DNA from: the human T2T-CHM13v2.0 reference genome, Homo sapiens
Length of the DNA: 64,000 nucleotides
NCBI RefSeq assembly: GCF_009914755.1
Contig: NC_060928.1
Direction: 5' to 3' (one strand)
Shown: piece by piece, positions 17,301-31,545 of the stretch
Layout of the letters: each line of letters opens with the position of its first letter
How positions within the stretch are numbered: position 1 is the stretch's first letter
Translations under genes and position numbers: made by a program
The notes under the pieces: model-generated
What the model was told of the DNA's origin: nothing
The model's database searches: none
What the model saw: only the letters and a program-made list of their open reading frames with translations

Positions 17301-18977
17301 TTCTGCTGGGCCATCACCACCTTAAACCTGCTACATATATAAAAGACAGTATTTTGAAGCTCAGTGTTCCTTATTTCAAGGAGGTTGCGATTAAGGGTCC
17401 AAAATTTTAAAATTAATGGAAAATGCCAGGGATGAAGAATATGCTGATATTACAGATGTACATGAGAGGATAATCATTTCCACTGGTCAGGGGCTAAATG
17501 GAAATGTGTGATTAAATCCGTGTCATTTAGCGTAATGGCTCATTAGAAACTCTTAAGAGAAATGTGCCACAAGAGCTTGAGTAATGTTTGCAGAAACAAA
17601 ATAAAATCATCTGGGGCCCACTGATCAAGTCTGTTTTGTATTATTGAGGAAGAGTGATGCTTTGGAAAACCTCTGGATGATCTTACCCATCTCTCTTCAT
17701 GTCACCAACCTCATAACCATAAGATGCTCCCATCCATATTCTGTGCTTAAAGATCCTTAGCTGGCCCTGTGAAATTGTGCTGCAGATTTAAAAACTAATG
17801 TTTACAACTAACATATTGTAAATAATATTGGTTAACTGAAGCCCTGGATGAAAGATAGGAGAAAAAAAAAGTTCAAATGCTTCTCTGCCAGCCTCCATGA
17901 TGGAGTATTAGTAAAGTTATTTTATTAAATCCCATGCTCTTAACTGTAATATGTATACAATATACACAGTGTGATGATGAAGCAACTGTTACCATCAGGC
18001 ATTTTCCTAGGTTACATGTGCTGACCTTTACAATTTTCCATTGTTAAGAAAAAGTATCATAAGCCTTCCTTTCTTGAATCTACTAAAAGTCACGACAATT
18101 TCAGATTTATAAAGCAATTTTATGTATCTAGCTTGTTTTGTACTCTCCTGAGTCCTATGAGAAAATCCATTTTACAGATGAGTAAACCTAGATTCTGAAA
18201 GACTGAAAGTTAAAAGCTATCACTGATAAACCACAATGGGAAAAAAAATATTTTTTGGGCATAAGTTTATTTGTAACTATAATTACTAAAGATGATAATA
18301 TAAGGTATCTTAAAGTACTGACAATTGAATCTATAATATTTAAATATGCAAATTTTAACAGAATCCTGAGAACTTCATCAATTTTTCTCGTAATTTTTAT
18401 CAGCAAGAAATATATATTAAATACCTTTCTGTCATGCACCCTAACATGGCCAACTTTCAATCACTTTTGTTCTGGTGCATATTTACCAACCCTTTAGGGA
18501 AGATGTTCCCAACCTTTTCCAATCATTTTGTGGATGGATGTTATTAGTTCAAGGGTGATTAAATCAGAGTGCGGATGGAGTAAATCAAATTCATCATCAA
18601 AATGGAAAAAGCTGCTAAACACATCAGAGTAAATAGTGTCTTTTTTTAAATGAAAATGAGCACATTTAAAAGGGAGAACTTTTTTTCAAAGAAGAACATG
18701 TGAACACCTGAGTTTCTGCTGAACATGCCTGGCAATTTATATCTTAAATTGTTTATCTGCATAGTCTTGTTACTGTAGACCACTTATTGAAGGACATTCA
18801 CCAGAAATGATTTTTTCAAATTTTTGTCCAAAACAAAAAGATATATATCCTATCATATATATAATATTTAAAATGACATATATGATACCTAACCAATTAA
18901 GATAAACTAACCCACCGGATTAATATGTATGTATATATAATATATAATAATCGTATATTGGTATTACATATTCATTA

Positions 18978-19640
18978 CAGTAGTACCCCCTTGTCTGAGG
19001 CAGATACATTCCAAGACCCCCAGTGGATGTCTGAAACTGGATAATAGTGAACTCTATATATACTATGTTTTTTCCTACACATATATGCCTATGATAAAGT
19101 GTAATTTATAAATTAAGCACGGTAGGGGATTCACAAGAATAATAAATAGAACAACTGCAATAACATACTGTTCAAATTTCATAAATAGAAGATTCATTCT
19201 TTCTGAAGACATTAGCAATCTCAGCATAAGATTTTTGTTCTTTCCTCATTAAGTTGGGAACTTTCACTTTTTAACTTAAAGGAAGCACTTTACTGCATCC
19301 AAATTGCCAGCATCACTACTTTTGTATTTTGGAGCCGTTATTAATTAAAATAAGAAAAATTTGAACACAAGCACTGCAATATTGCAACAGTTGCTCTGAT
19401 AACTGAGACTGCCACTAAGTGACCAACAGGTGTATCATAGACAGCCTGGATATGCTACACAAAGGGATGAGTCACATCCCCAGAAGGATGGGATGAGATA
19501 GAGTGAGACAGGGCAAGATTTCAGAATGGTGTACAATTTAAAACTTACAAAGTATTTCTGGAATTTTTCATTTAATATTTTCGTATCCTAGTTGATCATG
19601 TGTAACTGAAACCACAGAAAGCTAAACCACAAATACGGGT
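18978..19640 (+). mobile_element. MER44 (Tigger7-derived) DNA transposon
   Basis: TA|CAGTAGTACCCCCTT...TTCCAAGACCCCCAGTGGATG left TIR. The right end is degraded. Confidence 0.85.
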
Positions 19641-21699
19641 ACGTATACATATACATGGATATATATTCCATTTAAGATAAACTAATCCATTGGATTATTC
19701 CCAGGGCATCTTATAACTATGATTATTTCAACTTTAATTAAATGCCATCCTCTAGCTCCAAGTGGAATTTTTTTAAAGGTTGGTTAACATAAAATGTATC
19801 ATCTTATTTTTAAATACTTAATTTTCAAGGTACAGATATTTTACAATTCTATGATTTTATCTTAGAATTGTATTCGTCTTACAGTTTTCTGTAAATATCC
19901 TGCCTAACATCATCTTGCAAAATTGAATTGTGACCACTTACAAGCTGATGGTGTGTAACACCACCAAGACAGAAATAATATGGCTTCACTTCCTTTCATT
20001 TAAAACCATACAATCAGCTCTTTTCAGTTAAAGAGCAGACCAGCCCTGGCAAGCTGTCTCTGCTAAACTTAGTTGTTAACTTTTGCCACCACTTTGGCTG
20101 TCCATTTGAATCATCTTTAGAGAGAGAAATGAGAAAGTAGAAAATGTTCCTTGGCTTGGCAAGAAACAGCAGGATAGATGTGAGTGAAAACAATGAAACC
20201 CCTACTGTTGATTTCTTCCCATGCTTGTTTTTGTTCCGGAGTTGGTAACAGAAAAAACACTAATGAGACCCTCTTCTGATGATTGGAAAAATGTTCTGAA
20301 TGAGTTGCTCTTCTGGATCCTGACCACTGTTGCTAAAAACTCATCTTGCAGATTATTCTACAATTCCCCACCTACGAGGCTGTAGAGAACTTCTCAGCTC
20401 ACACAGTGAAGCAGAATAATTCTCATTGTTTCTGCTTCAACAGATAATCTTTTCTTTCCCTCAAAGGCAGAAGGAAAATTTTCATTTTTTTCCAATATTT
20501 CACAGTAGCTTTTGTTTAATCATGCTCAACATTGACATTTTTGACCTACCATCAATGGTAAATGAAATATAGTATAGTAATAACTTCTTTTGAAGATATT
20601 TTAGTATTACCTTTTCCCCCATGCTGATAAGTAAGAAATAAAACAGTCCAAAGTGGGGGAAAAGATTGTAAAAACCCAATAACAAGTTTAAGGTAACCAG
20701 AACAGTAGAAATGAGACTCCATTTCAAACAAGTTAGGAGGATGGAGATTCTATGACATAATAGGTATCCATATGCCAATACTTATGCTTGAAAAGCAGAA
20801 TTTCTCTTGCATACACATGCAAAATTACATGCGGTGACACATGGACAAAAATGATGATATCTGTTTTGTAATTTTTTCCTCCATGTTGTATTTCTGCTCC
20901 AAAGAAAATAAGGCAAAATAAATTAATGATATGTTTCAGTTTGTCTGTCCATCAGAGATCTCAGATATGCCCAGTTTCCAGTTTGCACCAGTCACTATAC
21001 TCAGGATTGCATGGAACATTCAAGATATTATGTACTCTGACAGTTGTGCACATAGAAAAGGTCTGTGGATTTCAGAAGCATGTCTGGGAATGGATGCATT
21101 TGACATAAGAGAGGCAGATGAGCTCACAGTTGACAAAGGCAATATAAAAAATTTTGCAGTATCTATATCTAAGCCAAAGATAACTTCCACCCTATAGAAA
21201 GGAGAAATAGAGGCCCAAAATATCCTATAAAACATACTACAAAATTATTAGAAAATGTTCAAATCTTTGTGATAATCTGTTAACTTCCTGAGCAAAATGC
21301 TGCTTTGGATCTATTTTTGAGTCATTAAAGGTCTATCAGTTTTCTTTCACTGACAGTACTCAGTTTCACTGCCACAAATCTGTGGCAGGTCTGTTCAAAG
21401 GAAAATGAAACTATCCCAATTAATATTTGAGCACCTGGACTGAGAATCTTAGTCAGGAAAACTTTCTCATGTTAATATTCTACAATTTTCCATCAAGAAA
21501 GGTAGCCAGAAACTACTCTTTTTCTCCCGCCACTGGTAAATTTAGGAGAGTTACAGCAATTGTCTTAATATTAGAATCTTTACTATACCATGTGCATTAA
21601 TATTGCTAGCATAGCAAATCACCATAAACTTAGCCATTTAAACACAAACTTTAAAACATTTAAAATATTTTAAATTTTAAACCTCTTTTTTTTTATCAC

Positions 21700-21900
21700 A
21701 ACTGCAAGGAATTGAAATCTGCCAACAATTCAAATGATCAGGGAAATAGATTCTCTTCCAGCACCTCCGGAAAGGAACCCAGCCTGCCACCATCTTGATC
21801 TTAGCCCCACTGGGCTAAAATGAAATCTTGTAGGACTTCTGACCTACAGAACTGTAAGATCAGCAAGAAAGTGGCTAAGTTTATGGTGATTTGCTGTAAA
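21700..21900 (+). mobile_element. MLT1 LTR fragment
   Basis: gattctcttccagcacctccggaaaggaac...gacttctgacctacagaactgtaagat. Confidence 0.65.
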
Positions 21901-22786
21901 TTCATCTCATCCCTTAAAAGTGTTTGTGTTTTTAAATGGACATTATGAATGTAGCAGTAATAAATAAATATATTGTATAAATAAATATCCTTTATAAATA
22001 AATACACATATATAAATATACATATTCAGGGTACATGCCCTGAATTTTTACTTATCTGTGTGAGCCATCAGAAAGATTAAAAATGATTATACTAATAAGT
22101 TTATATTAAATACATTTGGTTGTGACATTACAAATTAAAACTGTGTAAAAGAAATGCTTATCAATTAACCTGATATCATGAATTTTGCAAGAGTCTTAGG
22201 TAAATCAGATCTAGATTTGTCATAATTTTAATTAGCTACTCAAAAATGTCATAAAAGAATTGTTACTAAGCAGCCCAGAATCTTTCCATTTTGGAAACAT
22301 GAGGCAAACATTTTTAAAATACTACTTTTTCTAAATCGGTAACTCAGTTTCAAACACTGAATTTGAAAAGTTACAGAAACATTTGAAATAGCTTTTATTC
22401 CACTCTAGCATATAAGGAGTTTTATTTGCTGTTATCTTAAGACATGTCCCCTCATTTCTTGCTGTGCAACAAATAAAACTCTACAAATACATTAGCAACT
22501 GCTAGAAAATCTCTGGTTCTCTTTATTTCTTTATGATTCTTGTGTAATAACTTTTTTTCTCTGACCAAAAAAAAAACATGTCACAAGCCAAGTTGTATAT
22601 ATTGTTAGCAAGTGGATAACAAATTAAACATAATGCTCATAATGTTATTTTTTTTTCTTCAGTAGGATTATTTTTCCCTCCCAAATTATGCTATTTATTT
22701 TGGGGATTTTGTTTGTTTGTGTGTTTGTGTCTAGTAGTTGCACACGGTGTGTTCCCTTTAAAAATACAGCAAATCCATTCCGCTTA

Positions 22787-22960
<174 letters not shown>

Positions 22961-23959
22961 TCAAAAAGAAGAACAGCAAAAACATGAGGCAAGTGAACAG
23001 GCAGAATGATAATGAGATGTACAGAAACTTGTTCTTTTAATGATTACTGACACTTAGCCATCTATCATCTAGTTCATGAAGTTCACATAGAAAAAAAATA
23101 TGTATCAGTCCATGCAAGATTACCTCGAGTAAAAGAGCTTAGGGAAAAAATGCAAAGAAATTGTTTTTTTCATCATTAAAACTATTTATAATAGACTAAT
23201 CTTAGATTTGATTCACATAATCTTTTCTAAAGTATCTCATAGAGACATTCATTTATAGAATAAACATCTATAGCTACTGAACATGCATTGGTCTCAGAGG
23301 TGATATTAGATCCTTCAGGATTCAAGTAAATAAGACAAAGATGATCACTGGTCACCCATTATACCAGTCACATGAGAACAGATAAAAAATTGTATCTACA
23401 ACCTTTTCTCAGAAAGAACTAAGATACAAACTTATGTAAAGTTTTAATTATTTTAATTGGGTAAATTTGAATTAAACAGTCTTGACTTCATTTGTCCTCA
23501 TTAATATCACAAATGCTATTGTTCTGAATTAAGCATAGCAAAATTCTTCTTTGAATTAATATTATTCTAAAATACCATATGACACTTTATTTTTTGGAAG
23601 CTTAGATTTTAAATATCTTAATTGTTGCATTTTTTATTTTTAAGAGAAGTTCATCTATCAATTATATTTAGTAATTGATGAGTCTGTCTTTAAAATTTTG
23701 AACTATAATACATATGTATAATATAAATATCCATTACCTGTGATTATTTATCCACAAATGATCTTATATTGTACTTATGACATAAATAGTAAGAATTCTA
23801 TAGCTAGAAGGGACCTCACAGAATATCATCTAGCCCATTCCTGTGGCATACACTGGTGGATGCCTTCCCAGCAGTCACCCTTCTTGCTGATTTTGTTCAG
23901 GTTTTAAGCACCCACATTTTCTGTGGGTTCCTCCCCAATCCCAGTGACTGAAAATTAAA

Positions 23960-24300
23960 CAATCTATGCCAGAGATTCTCATTAAAGGTGGTTTTGACCC
24001 ATTTGGGGCATTTAGGAGATTTGTGGGCAGGTTTTAAAATGCCACAATAAGGGGAGAGGTACAGTTTAGATTGATTTGGTTTGTCAAAGAATGCTGGTTG
24101 TCCTACAAGAAGTGAGATGTGAGACATTCCCACGCAATGAATAATTTCTCACATACCTCACAACTTGTGAGTGTCCTGCCAAAGCTTTAGTGAAAAATCT
24201 GCCTATAATGTTCTGAGTCCAGAATCTAAACCAAAGACTTTTTGTATAATTTTAACATACACTAACTTTTCTGAAAATCGAATTCTGATATAATTTGAAA
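23960..24300. mobile_element. hAT-Charlie MITE fragment (MER20/MER20B-like)
   Basis: gattctca...ggtggttttgaccc...ggggcatttaggagat...gccacaataagggg; degenerate. Confidence 0.5.
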
Positions 24301-25679
24301 GATTTAAATCTCCTTGGGCTCTGAACCTCTGGATTGATAATAAAACTATTTTTCCTGGAAAGTTTTGGCATTTCATCTCTAAATAAAAACTTGAAATAGA
24401 AGTACTATCTAATTTTCCCCATATTCACTTAGAAAGGGATCCAAGCAGCATCAGTGATGTAAATGAGGAGAATACACCATGTGAACACAGGTGGCAAAAC
24501 CTACAAATCCAGTGCTAGGATCTTGAGGCCTCCAGATAAGACTGAGACAGACTTGAAAGTAGAATACGTGTGACAGGCACCAACCTAAGATTGCATCGGA
24601 TATGGTGGCAGCATTCATTGCAAATGCACTAAGACCTCAAAGAATAGAGTGGACTTATAGGAACTTATGTTGCTTGGACAGGAAACCAAAAATTAAGTGA
24701 TCTGCAAATGCAATAATAAAAGTTCTGAAATCAAGAAAGCAGTTTGTGGAGCATGAGATAGGGAATTAAACAAGACTATTAAAAATCAGGACATTGCAAG
24801 CCTATTCAAGGAGACAACAACAGGATTTAGAATTTAGACAATGGGTGTGGACAGTGGCAGAAAAAAGAACATCAGTCTTTAAACAATCCTTGATTTCAAC
24901 CACAGTACCAGGAACTGCTCTCCACACCATGGTCCATTTCTACTCTAGACTTTTTGGCATATGAGTAGAACAGCCTGAATAAAGCCCTGCTTTTTTTCCT
25001 GGCTAAGAAAGGTTAAAAAGCAACTGGAGCTAGAATATAACATGAATTCATCTGTCAAGTTTAATTTGGGATGAAGTGCCTAACTTGCCATTTGTCATGT
25101 TCTGACCCTTCTTTATATCTTTTAATATTCTGTTTCTGACCACACACAAAATCTTTAGCACACACTAGCCTCACCAAACCAAGAAAATATATCTCCCCTT
25201 CCCTTACTTATTCCCTTCACTTTGGAAGTGTGGCTTTCTCAACTGTATTGCATGTATAAACTAATCATTGGCAATGAACTTTGTGTTCCAGACTCCTGAC
25301 TTAATGTTGTATTGTGGCACGGCCCTGTGCCTTTGGACTTCACTGTGGCTTTTCCAGCTATGGTCTCAGTCAATATATCATAGTTGATTCAACTTGTTGT
25401 CTCTCCTCTTCCAACATTTCAATGTATATTCAAATAAACCAAAGAAGCTTAACGATTCATGTCACTTATCTCTCAGGTTTACTCTAAGAGCTACCCTATT
25501 TAATATTTAGAACTGTTTAACCCAACAAATGCTGATGATATACATATTATTTGCCAAATACTAGGTTTGGCACTCAAAATATAACCAAAAAAAGATAAGG
25601 TTCAGTCTAGAATGAAGACAATTAAATAAGAAAGTAGTTAAAGTATGGATAATACATTCTACAGAATTAAAAAAGTGCT

Positions 25680-26151
25680 GAAAGCAAAAAGAAACTACCA
25701 AGCAGAAAAGGGCTCTTTCTATATAATAGAAATAAAATAATATATATTCTGGAATAGAGTATTGCAATGGCAGTATATGTGCCATAGTAAACTATGTGTG
25801 TATTCCAGGAGGTAAAGGAAAACAGAGGTTTTTAAAGGAAAAATGAGGATGATTATCTAACTATTTTGAGATAATTATCCTTGGCTACAAGGATCAATAA
25901 CAAAGGTAATGCCAGTCCAAAGTGGGACAGGAAATTGCTGGGCAGATGTCTTTGCAGAAACATTTTTTGCATAAGGTTGTGATGGTCTTGGCGCAAACTC
26001 ATGGGTTTTTCAGCCCTTTGTGATAGTTTTTACCAGGTATTTACGCATGTGAACGCTTCTCTTTATGGCCTTCCTCTGTTCTATTTGTCATGGTTTTTTC
26101 CTTTCTTTTTTTAACACAAGTGACTCCATTCTGATTTTGACAACTTTCACA
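25680..26151 (-). mobile_element. ERV1-class solo LTR (MER67/MER92-like; subfamily uncertain)
   Basis: Ends ...gtgactccattctgattttgacaactttcaca, i.e. TGTGAAAGTTGTCAAAATCAGAATGGAGTCAC on the minus strand. The left boundary is approximate. Confidence 0.6.
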
Positions 26152-27059
26152 GTAGCAACTAACCACCTGCGCTCATTCAATATCATTAATTCAATCAGCT
26201 ACCATGTATACAGCAACTACTAGAAGCCAAGTTACAGGTATAAAGTTGTAATGTTTGAGGGGAGACTTGATCTGTGTTTTCCCCAACTAAAAATATCCCT
26301 GAACCTTCCTTTTCACTGGTTCTCAGATATGAGTGTGCATCTCAACCACCTGGGGATGCAAACTGGAGAAACAGGGCTTGATAAAATACAAGTCATTGGC
26401 ATAACATTCTGGAGATTTGGATTCAAGCATCAGCAATCAACCAATTAAAAATCATCATTACAAGGTTTGTGAATTCACACACACATAAACATATAATTTC
26501 CTTTCAAGTTTCTTCTTTATACCTCACTTTGAATTAAACTTCAGGTAAAATTTGGAAGTTAGGGAAGATGTTCATGAAAGCATCTCAAATAATTGGTAAA
26601 AGTCTATTTTAATTACTAGTTTAAGCGGTAAGGCATGGACATAATAGCATAGGAAATTTTCTTAGATTGATGTCATAACCAAAAATTTGATAGCAAATAT
26701 GATGTGTTAAAGAGCTTCCCCCAGATCCCATCTGTGCCCTAAGCTTACAAATCTAAATTGAGTTTTGAAAGGTTCAGAGCATATTTAATAGACTACATTT
26801 CATCCTTCAGCTTCTATATAGTATTCCTTGTCATGACTATAAAGTTCAAATATAATTTTTTCTTTATAAAATGTGCCCATGAAAATATTCCATCAAGCAC
26901 ACTACAGAAAAATATTATCAGTGCTAAAAATGACTTTTCTCTAGTTATACATTTTAGTGTTTCCTGAGTTCAAGTCATAGAACAAGACAGCAGATTATTT
27001 AAACCTACAAAGAAAAAAAAATTCATGTTGAGAAAGCATGCTTAGCCAATACTTGGTCT

Positions 27060-27200
27060 ACAGCAGAGATTCTGAAGTTTTAACATGGATTAGGACTAGC
27101 TAGGGGGCTTATAAAATGCAAAGTTTCTGATTCAGTAATACTAGGATAAGGCCAAGAATCTGTACTTCTAACAAGTTTCACATTTTGAGAATCACTGTTT
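27060..27200. mobile_element. MER5A-like MITE
   Basis: cagcagagattctgaagttt...ctgattcagtaa...ttctaacaag...tttgagaatcactg. Confidence 0.65.
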
Positions 27201-28849
27201 TAGACAATAGTAGATATAAAAGATGCCACCATTCAAAGAGGAATAATTAAAAGTCAAAAAGTGGAAGCAATGCAGATCGACATGTAAACAAAGGATGTGG
27301 AAGTTAAAAATAATGTCATAAAAGACTCTCCTTGGTATCAGCACCTGAGCACTCATCATCAATTCAATTGCTAGCCTATAGCCATAGAATTTTGCAAAGA
27401 AAAATGTCCCACATTATTGATCTTCTCCTGCAGGTGTCCAAAGCTTTGATTGCACTTTAATAGCCTATATTTCAGAAGCATTCTCTCCTCATTTTCATTT
27501 GTGAATGACTGTCCTATGTTTCTGATAGTCAGTTCCTGAGTGGGAAACATTGAGGTTTAAGAATTTTTGGAGGTTAAACTTTGTTTCTTTTGAATGATAT
27601 AGCTGAAAACAGCACTGAGCCTGGATCAGTTCTGCACTTAATAGCTGTGAAACCTTGGGCAAACTATTTTATTCTTTCATTTATTATTTATATTCTGTAT
27701 GGTTCCATAAAGGATTTGTCTAGCTCACGGTAAAAGATAGAGAAACAATAAAACCATTAAATCCAGTTTTAAAAACAAATGTCAAATAAAGCAAGCTAGG
27801 AGATGACAGTTTTACCAGAAGACTTAAGTTATGAATATCTATTGCCTTGAGCACAAAACTTAGTGTCACGCTTCTGGAACACCAAAGGAAAAAAAATAAT
27901 AACAACAACAAAACCACAGTGAGTGGCAGGTTTTGATTTATTAATCTCATAAAATATATAATACCAATTCATAGGAAAGATAAAATTCATCAGCTAAACT
28001 TCAGGAAGAACATATTCAATTGTTTCTTTATATAATAAACCTGAAATCAAAAAACAGGCAGTAGATAAGATATTTTTAGTGAGTCACAGAAATATGTGTC
28101 ATATGACTTGTATGATATTAACTCTCAACTCAATAACACAAGGGAAGAAAGAAAGTTGAACCAGTATTATTGCTTACCTACTATAGACATACTCTTTATT
28201 ATGTTAAACATGTTAAAGTGAACACTCAAAACAGATGGAGAAAGTGGCATACAGAGCTGTTCATTAATTGGCTCAAAATCTCAGAACTATTAATTGGTGG
28301 TACCAATTAATATGAATTAAAGTTTATCTGACTTCAAAACAAGTTCTCTTCTTTTTGTAAGCTAAACCATGTACTAGTTTACCTAGACAATCTTGTGTGG
28401 TGATAGAAAGCTGGATATTCATGGATGCCAAGAAATTTAAAGGGCCTGATTCTACTCATTTGTTAAATATTTATTGAGCACCTACTGTGTGTTGGGCACT
28501 ATTAAATGTAACATGGGTATAAAATTAATCTATCTCAATAGGATAGCCAAGAAATATTAACCACAAAGTGCACTTGTGGAAAATTAGCCAGTCAATCTGC
28601 TGGATATTTTTTTAGTATGGTCATTTGGATACCGAAAACCAGTTGCCTAAAGTCTTGATCCTGCTTTTGGCACAGAAGATATTGAGCTATCTATTCTCAT
28701 AGTTATGACCAGCAGATTCAGTTGCTTCATGATACCACTCCAACATTGTTGTGCAAAGTCAGCCAAAATAATGCCTGATGTTCTGGGGTGGCAAAAAGGC
28801 ATGTGCTTAATCTATTTTAAATATGTATCAAATTATTTACATATGAGAT

Positions 28850-29016
28850 TCGTTTGTTTGTTTCCTTTTAGAAACAGGGTCTCGCTCTGTCATCCAGCCT
28901 GGAATGCAGTGGCACAATCATGGTTTGCTGCAGCCTTGAACTCCTGAGCTCAAGCAATCTCCCCACCTCAGCCTTCTGATAGCTGATACTATAGGCACAT
29001 GCCACCACTCCCAGAT

Positions 29017-29061
<45 letters not shown>

Positions 29062-29176
29062 GATGAGGTCTCACTATGTTGCCCAGGCTGGTCTTGAACT
29101 CCTGGCCTCAAACAATTCTCCCGCCTCAGCCTTCCAAAATGCTGATATTACAGGCGTGAGCCACAGCACCTGGCCT
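28850..29176 (-). mobile_element. AluJ with a 40-nt homopolymer middle linker
   Basis: J-type diagnostics (caatcatggtt...gcagccttgaactcctgagctcaagc) and T40 at 29019-29058. Confidence 0.9.
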
Positions 29177-29485
29177 TATATATGAGTTTTAAAGGGGAAG
29201 ATTTGAGACAATACTTAGTGATATTTAGGATTAAATTTTGTTCTCTCAAGAGCACATTTCCTCACACTGTTCCTTGAAGAGTTACTCTCAGCAGAGGGTT
29301 ACATCCTGGAATCAATTTCACTTTTACATTAGTTAGTTGGCCTAGAGATGGTTATTCTATGGAATCAATGAATTATGAAAAATCAATAAAGCAGCAAAAA
29401 TTGTAAGACCTAAATTATGTTTGATAATTTGATAATTATTTTCAATTATGTTGGAAAGCATATAACAGTAATCAATAGTAGAGCT

Positions 29486-29556
29486 GGTATGGCTTCTGCC
29501 TGCCTTCTTTACATATGAAGGTATGGCTTCTGCCTGCCTTCTTTACATACGAAGGT
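29486..29556. repeat. 34-bp tandem duplication
   Basis: GGTATGGCTTCTGCCTGCCTTCTTTACATA(T/C)GAA occurs twice (29486-29519 and 29520-29553), followed by GGT. Confidence 0.95.
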
Positions 29557-30136
29557 GGGGAACTAATACTGCTTGAATACTTATTAGGCACCAAGCTAGT
29601 ATGAGTAACAGGCAATGTGCTAGATGTCTAACAAATTATTTCGTGTAAGAATTAGCATTCTATTTTCAACAAATAAGAAACTCTAGACTGAGAACTTTAG
29701 CAAAGGGTAAAAATGCAGCTTCTCATCTAACTATCCAGTTTAAAATCCTGACTGTGAGCCCTTGGGCAAGTTCTTTATAATATTAGCCCTTGTTTCTTTA
29801 GTTGTAGAATGAGGGCAATAATCTACTTTTTATTAGTGGAAAGGTTAAATAAGATAATCTATGTAAGCTCTAAGCATGGTATAAGGTTATAGAAAACTCT
29901 CAAAGTTTTTATTTTTAATATAATTATTACCATTATTATAATTATCATTATTATTGAGAAGTTAGACAACATTTAAGACCCATAGTTAGCAGTTTTAGAG
30001 TATTTATCACAAAAGTTGGCCTAGCTCCTAAACCACAGTACCATTTGAAAGCACTATGATACTCCTATAAAATCCACAAAGAACCAACAGAGTTCAGAAT
30101 TACAGGATAAGAAGATATTTTTCCTTAGTTTTCATT

Positions 30137-30278
30137 TGTGGTAGAGACAGTGCTCCATGAATATCCATGTGCCCCTCTCCACTTTCCACCTCCCTTGCAG
30201 TTGCAGTTGGTGTCATGTGACTATATACAGAAATGCCAGCTGTCACCTAAACAGAGAGGGCTTCAAAAAGCGATGTGC
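30137..30278 (+). mobile_element. MLT1J-like LTR, 5' part (continues at ~38113-38295 after the L1 insertion)
   Basis: tgtggtag...cactttccacctcccttgcagttg...gtcatgtgact on the left, and ctcctgagtcacc...aggaaataaactttt...cactgagatttgg on the right. Confidence 0.6.
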
Positions 30279-31545
30279 TCACAACTAAAACTAGAGAAGC
30301 AAGAGCAAACAAATCCAAAAACTAGCAGAAAACAAGAAATAACCAAGATCAGAGCAGAATAGAAAAACATAGAGACACAAAAAAAAACCTTCAAAAATCA
30401 ATGAATCCAGGAGATGGTTTTTGAAAAACTAAAATAGATTGACTGCTAGCTAGACTAATAAAGAAGAAAAGAGAAAAGAATCAAATAGACACAATAAAAA
30501 AGTGATAAAGGGGATATCACCACTGATCCCACAGAAATACAAACTACCATCAGAGAATATTATAAACACCTCTAGACAAATATACTAGAAAATCTAGAAG
30601 AAATGGATAAATTCCTGGACACATTTCCAAGACTAAACCAGGAAGAAGTCAAATCCTTGAATAGACCAATACCAAGTTCTGAAAGTGAGGCAGTAATAAA
30701 TAGCCTACCAACCAAAAAAAAGCCCAGGACCAGACAGATTCACAGCTGAACTCTACCAGAGGTACAAAGAGGATCTGGTATCATTCCTTCTGAAACTATT
30801 CCAAACAATTGAAAAGGAGGAACTTCCCTGTAACTCATTTTATGAGGCCAGCATCATCCTGATACCAAAATCTGGCAGAGACATAGCAAAAAAAGAAAAC
30901 TTAAGGCCAATATTCCTGATGAACATCGATTCAAAGATACTCAATAAAGTACTGTCAAACCTAATCCAGCAACATATCAAAAAGCTTATCCTACACAATC
31001 GAGTCGGCTTCATCCCTGGGATGCAAGGGTGGTTCAACATATGCAATCAATAAATGTAATCCATCACATAAACAGAACCAATGACAAAAACCACATGATT
31101 ATCTCAATAGATGCAGAAAAGGCCTTTGATAAAATTCAACATCCCTTCATGTTAAAAACTCTCAATAAACTAGGTATGGACATAACATATCTCAAAATAA
31201 TAAGAGCTGTTTATGAGAAACCCACAACCAATATCCCACAACCCACAACTGAATGGGCAAAAGCTGGAAGCATTCCCCTTGAAAACTGGCACAAGACAAG
31301 GATGCCCTCTATCACCACTCCTATTAAACATAGCAATGGAATTTCTGACCAGGGCAATCAGGCAAGAGAAAGAAATAAAGGGTATTCAAATAGGAAAAGA
31401 GGAAGGCAAATTGTCTCTGTTTGCAGATGACATGATCCTATATCTAGAAAATCCCATTGTCTCAGCCAAAAAGCTTATTAAGCTGATAAGCAACTTCAGC
31501 AAAGTCTCATGATAAAAGATCAATGTGCAAAAGTTACAAGCATTC

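Noticed and set aside
29486-29556. Repeat of CRISPR-like length (34 bp)
   Set aside because: Only two directly adjacent copies, no spacer, and a eukaryotic context.
31221-31250. Small templated duplications in old L1s (also ~52333-52355 and ~55180-55205)
   Set aside because: Ordinary slippage or repair indels in decayed elements.
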